DNA of 57,289 nt, from assembly GCA_003599755.1 (NCBI GenBank), contig QZJO01000012.1, positions 1 through 57,289 of the forward strand, in the 5' to 3' direction. A program made the translations under genes and the position numbers. Below are positions 55,111 to 57,289 of the stretch, in pieces. The notes under the pieces are model-generated. The model did no database searches. It saw only the letters and a program-made list of their open reading frames with translations, and had not been told where the DNA came from. The DNA comes from Candidatus Parcubacteria bacterium (GTDB taxonomy: Bacteria > Patescibacteriota > Minisyncoccia > Sungbacterales > SURF-37). How positions within the stretch are numbered: the first letter of the stretch is position 1; each line of letters begins with the position of its first letter.

Positions 55111-55590
55111 ATGCAACTGTGCTACGCGCTCGTGATGCTCGGCATCATCATGCTGCCGACCGCCGCTCGGGGAGAGGACGGGCCTCCGACAGAGCCCCTC
55201 GGAAAGATCTGCAATCACCCCGGCGGCCTGCCCGCGGCCGAGCGTCTCACTGTGGCCATCAGCTACCAGGACGCGACGCCGGAGTTCATCAACTTCGCCG
55301 GGATCCTCAACCTGGTGCTCATCAACTGGTGGCAGAATCACGGCAAGCAGGAGACCGACGGCATCTGGTGTGTTTCGCTCGCGTCCGCCACGACCGATAC
55401 GGCATCGTCAGAGCCGCGAGCCGGCATCACGGTCTACGGTCTGCTCGGCGGAAAACCGATGCTGCCGCGGCCGGCCGTGTTCTCGACGAGCTTGCGAAAC
55501 CGTATGGCTGCGGCCGATATCGTATTCGAAGGCATCCGCGGCACATTCGCACGAGCAACCGCTGATCACAAGACGGCGGTGCAGCGGTGA
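55111..55590 (+). CDS. Secreted hypothetical protein
   Basis: SD AAAGGAGG; signal peptide ending AARG; translationally coupled to the receiver gene. Confidence 0.7.
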   Translation: MQLCYALVMLGIIMLPTAARGEDGPPTEPLGKICNHPGGLPAAERLTVAISYQDATPEFINFAGILNLVLINWWQNHGKQETDGIWCVSLASATTDTASSEPRAGITVYGLLGGKPMLPRPAVFSTSLRNRMAAADIVFEGIRGTFARATADHKTAVQR

Positions 55591-55943
55591 TGGCGCGGGT
55601 TCTGGTCGTGGATGACAACGCTGGCGTCCGCAACATGCTTGTCGATCTCATCTCCATGAACGGCCATGACGTTACCCAGGCCGCCGACGGCATCGCGGCG
55701 CTCGAGATGCTGCGGACAAATCCGTTGCCGAATCTTTTGGTTACGGATGGAAGTATGCCGAGGATGGACGGCATCGAGCTCGCACGCCGCGCGCGCCGAC
55801 TCGGCGTTCTCAAGATCCTCATGGTCACTGGCGATAGCCATATCTATCGCGATGGCGCACTCGCCGCGGGCGTTGACCGCGTCATCGAAAAACCGGTCGA
55901 CTTCGCCGAGCTCTCCCGCACCGTCGCTGAACTGCTCATCTAG
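55587..55943 (+). CDS. Single-domain response regulator (CheY-like)
   Basis: VLVVDD, LLVTD..MP.MDG, VTG, EKP. Confidence 0.88.
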   Translation: MMARVLVVDDNAGVRNMLVDLISMNGHDVTQAADGIAALEMLRTNPLPNLLVTDGSMPRMDGIELARRARRLGVLKILMVTGDSHIYRDGALAAGVDRVIEKPVDFAELSRTVAELLI

Positions 55944-55960
55944 CTCCCTCAGCCCTTCAA

Positions 55961-55996
55961 CGGGCGTCCGCATCTGCGGACGCCCGAATCCTTTTT
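55961..55996. terminator. Intrinsic terminator
   Basis: cgggcgtccgca-tc-tgcggacgcccg-aatccttttt. Confidence 0.8.
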
Positions 55997-56009
55997 ATAC
56001 ATACATGCG

Positions 56010-57212
56010 CTAAGCCTCCGCGGCATCGAGCGGCGAATCAACGGCCTCGGGCTTCGGTACGCGCTTTAAGCTTGCCGAGATAACGGTGTATTCGCGCAGC
56101 GGCAGGCGAGCGGCCGCGATTGCTTCGCGCGCTTCGGCCGGCAGATCGGCCAAGAGCGCCTTAAGCCGTTTTTCATCGGCTGCCAATACCGCATCCCACT
56201 TGCCGAGCGGCTCCAAAATCGCGCGCACGCGTTCAAAATCATAGGCAAACCGCTTTTGCACGCTGCGAGCGAGCACGCCTTCGTCGCCGAACACCCGGTC
56301 AAACCCTTCGCGCGCCATGTAGTCGGCAATCTCGCCCTTGAGTTCGGCCATACGCGCGGTGGCTTTGCGCTGCGACTTCAGTAAATCGAAATATTCTCGA
56401 ATAGCCGCGTCCATCGCCGCTTGATCCGGACGCGCGGCTGCGGATGCGCGATACAAATGCTTCCAGGCCGGACACTGCTTTTGATAGGGGCACGTGGCAC
56501 ACCATGCGCCCGGCACCGGCTCAAAGGGCTTCGCACTCGCGATCCCGCCCTGGATTTCGGCGATCGTGCCGAGAATCTGGTCGCGCGTTCCTTCGTTGGC
56601 CTCGGCGGTGCGCCGCGTGGAGAGTTTTTCGCCGTGTTTCAAAAAATAGAGCGACAACGTAACCTGCTCGGGCGCGACATGCGGCCAGCGCCGGGCGAGG
56701 CCGAGGGAATAGACCGCAAGCTGCAGATTCGAATCCACTGCGGCCTGCGACGGCAATTTACGGTTGGTTTTGTAATCGATGACTTCGAATCCGTCCTCGG
56801 TCTTGTCGATGCGGTCGATCCGGCCGGCGAGCACATGCGTGTCCTTGCGGCGCGGATCTTCGATGAGCACCTCGAAATGAGATTCCAGATCCACGACCGA
56901 AAAATTCCATGGCGGATTTTTCGCGTAAAAATTACGGAGCATCTGCTCGCCGGCTTCCTGATACAGCGCCCGCTCGGAATCGGCGAGGGGAAACTTCTCG
57001 TACGGCGGCCAATTGGCGCGAAAGTAGCTGATCGTCTCGTCGAGCGTGGGAAACAGGGGATCGCGGGAAAATAAATACTGGAGGGTTTTGTGCACCAAGG
57101 TCCCGAATATCGCCGCCGGGGGCTTGGGCGCCTTGATACGCTCCAGTTCCTGGAATTGGTATTTCCGGGGGCAGAGCTTATATGTTTCGAGTGCGGAGTA
57201 GGATGTACGCAT
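56010..57212 (-). CDS. PD-(D/E)xK RecB-family nuclease with four Fe-S-type Cys
   Basis: SYS....CP.KY, FG..VH, GRIDRID, IDYKT, QL..Y, CATCPYQKQC. Confidence 0.9.
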   Translation of the reverse strand: MRTSYSALETYKLCPRKYQFQELERIKAPKPPAAIFGTLVHKTLQYLFSRDPLFPTLDETISYFRANWPPYEKFPLADSERALYQEAGEQMLRNFYAKNPPWNFSVVDLESHFEVLIEDPRRKDTHVLAGRIDRIDKTEDGFEVIDYKTNRKLPSQAAVDSNLQLAVYSLGLARRWPHVAPEQVTLSLYFLKHGEKLSTRRTAEANEGTRDQILGTIAEIQGGIASAKPFEPVPGAWCATCPYQKQCPAWKHLYRASAAARPDQAAMDAAIREYFDLLKSQRKATARMAELKGEIADYMAREGFDRVFGDEGVLARSVQKRFAYDFERVRAILEPLGKWDAVLAADEKRLKALLADLPAEAREAIAAARLPLREYTVISASLKRVPKPEAVDSPLDAAEA

Positions 57213-57289
57213 ACGGCCGTTGCGCTGTGTTCTGATTCTAGAGTACGCTCTTGGCAACAGCAACCGCGAGCACAGCTTGCTCAAAGGGG

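Noticed and set aside
56010-57212. Cas4-like nuclease suggesting a CRISPR locus
   Set aside because: No repeat-spacer array or other cas genes in the window; it fits a stand-alone RecB-family nuclease

Overview
A GC-rich bacterial chromosomal segment with about 65 short, densely packed genes. Gene content and organisation suggest a Patescibacteria/CPR (Parcubacteria-like) genome; this is inference. Evidence: many single-pass Pro/Thr-stalked surface proteins, a CxxDxxxCPDG module, DUF2914, leaderless genes and a free-standing DnaA box. Recognisable genes include an animal PAICS-like PurC-PurE fusion, purB, typA, msrA, two Bcp peroxiredoxins, ZnuBC-like and LolCD-like ABC parts, a cold-shock protein, an RRM protein, a class F sortase, a PadR-PspC-SdpI locus, cardiolipin synthase, a MASE1 two-component pair, an orphan DNA methyltransferase and a RecB-family nuclease. 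I found no rRNA, tRNA, CRISPR array, transposase or integrase. Best candidate for an undescribed system: two ~120-bp fold-back insertions with CCCG...CGGG ends, one duplicating the typA start codon and one duplicating the stop codon inside an ABC operon. Each excises cleanly in silico and carries a 36-37 aa mini-ORF ending at the downstream start codon. Other highlights: an unannotated rod-shaped 6S-like ncRNA, a domain-less minimal sortase substrate, two expression modes (leaderless genes versus promoter/boxA-like/Shine-Dalgarno cassettes), and several apparent pseudo-enzymes. All family calls come from motif recognition by eye; no searches were run.
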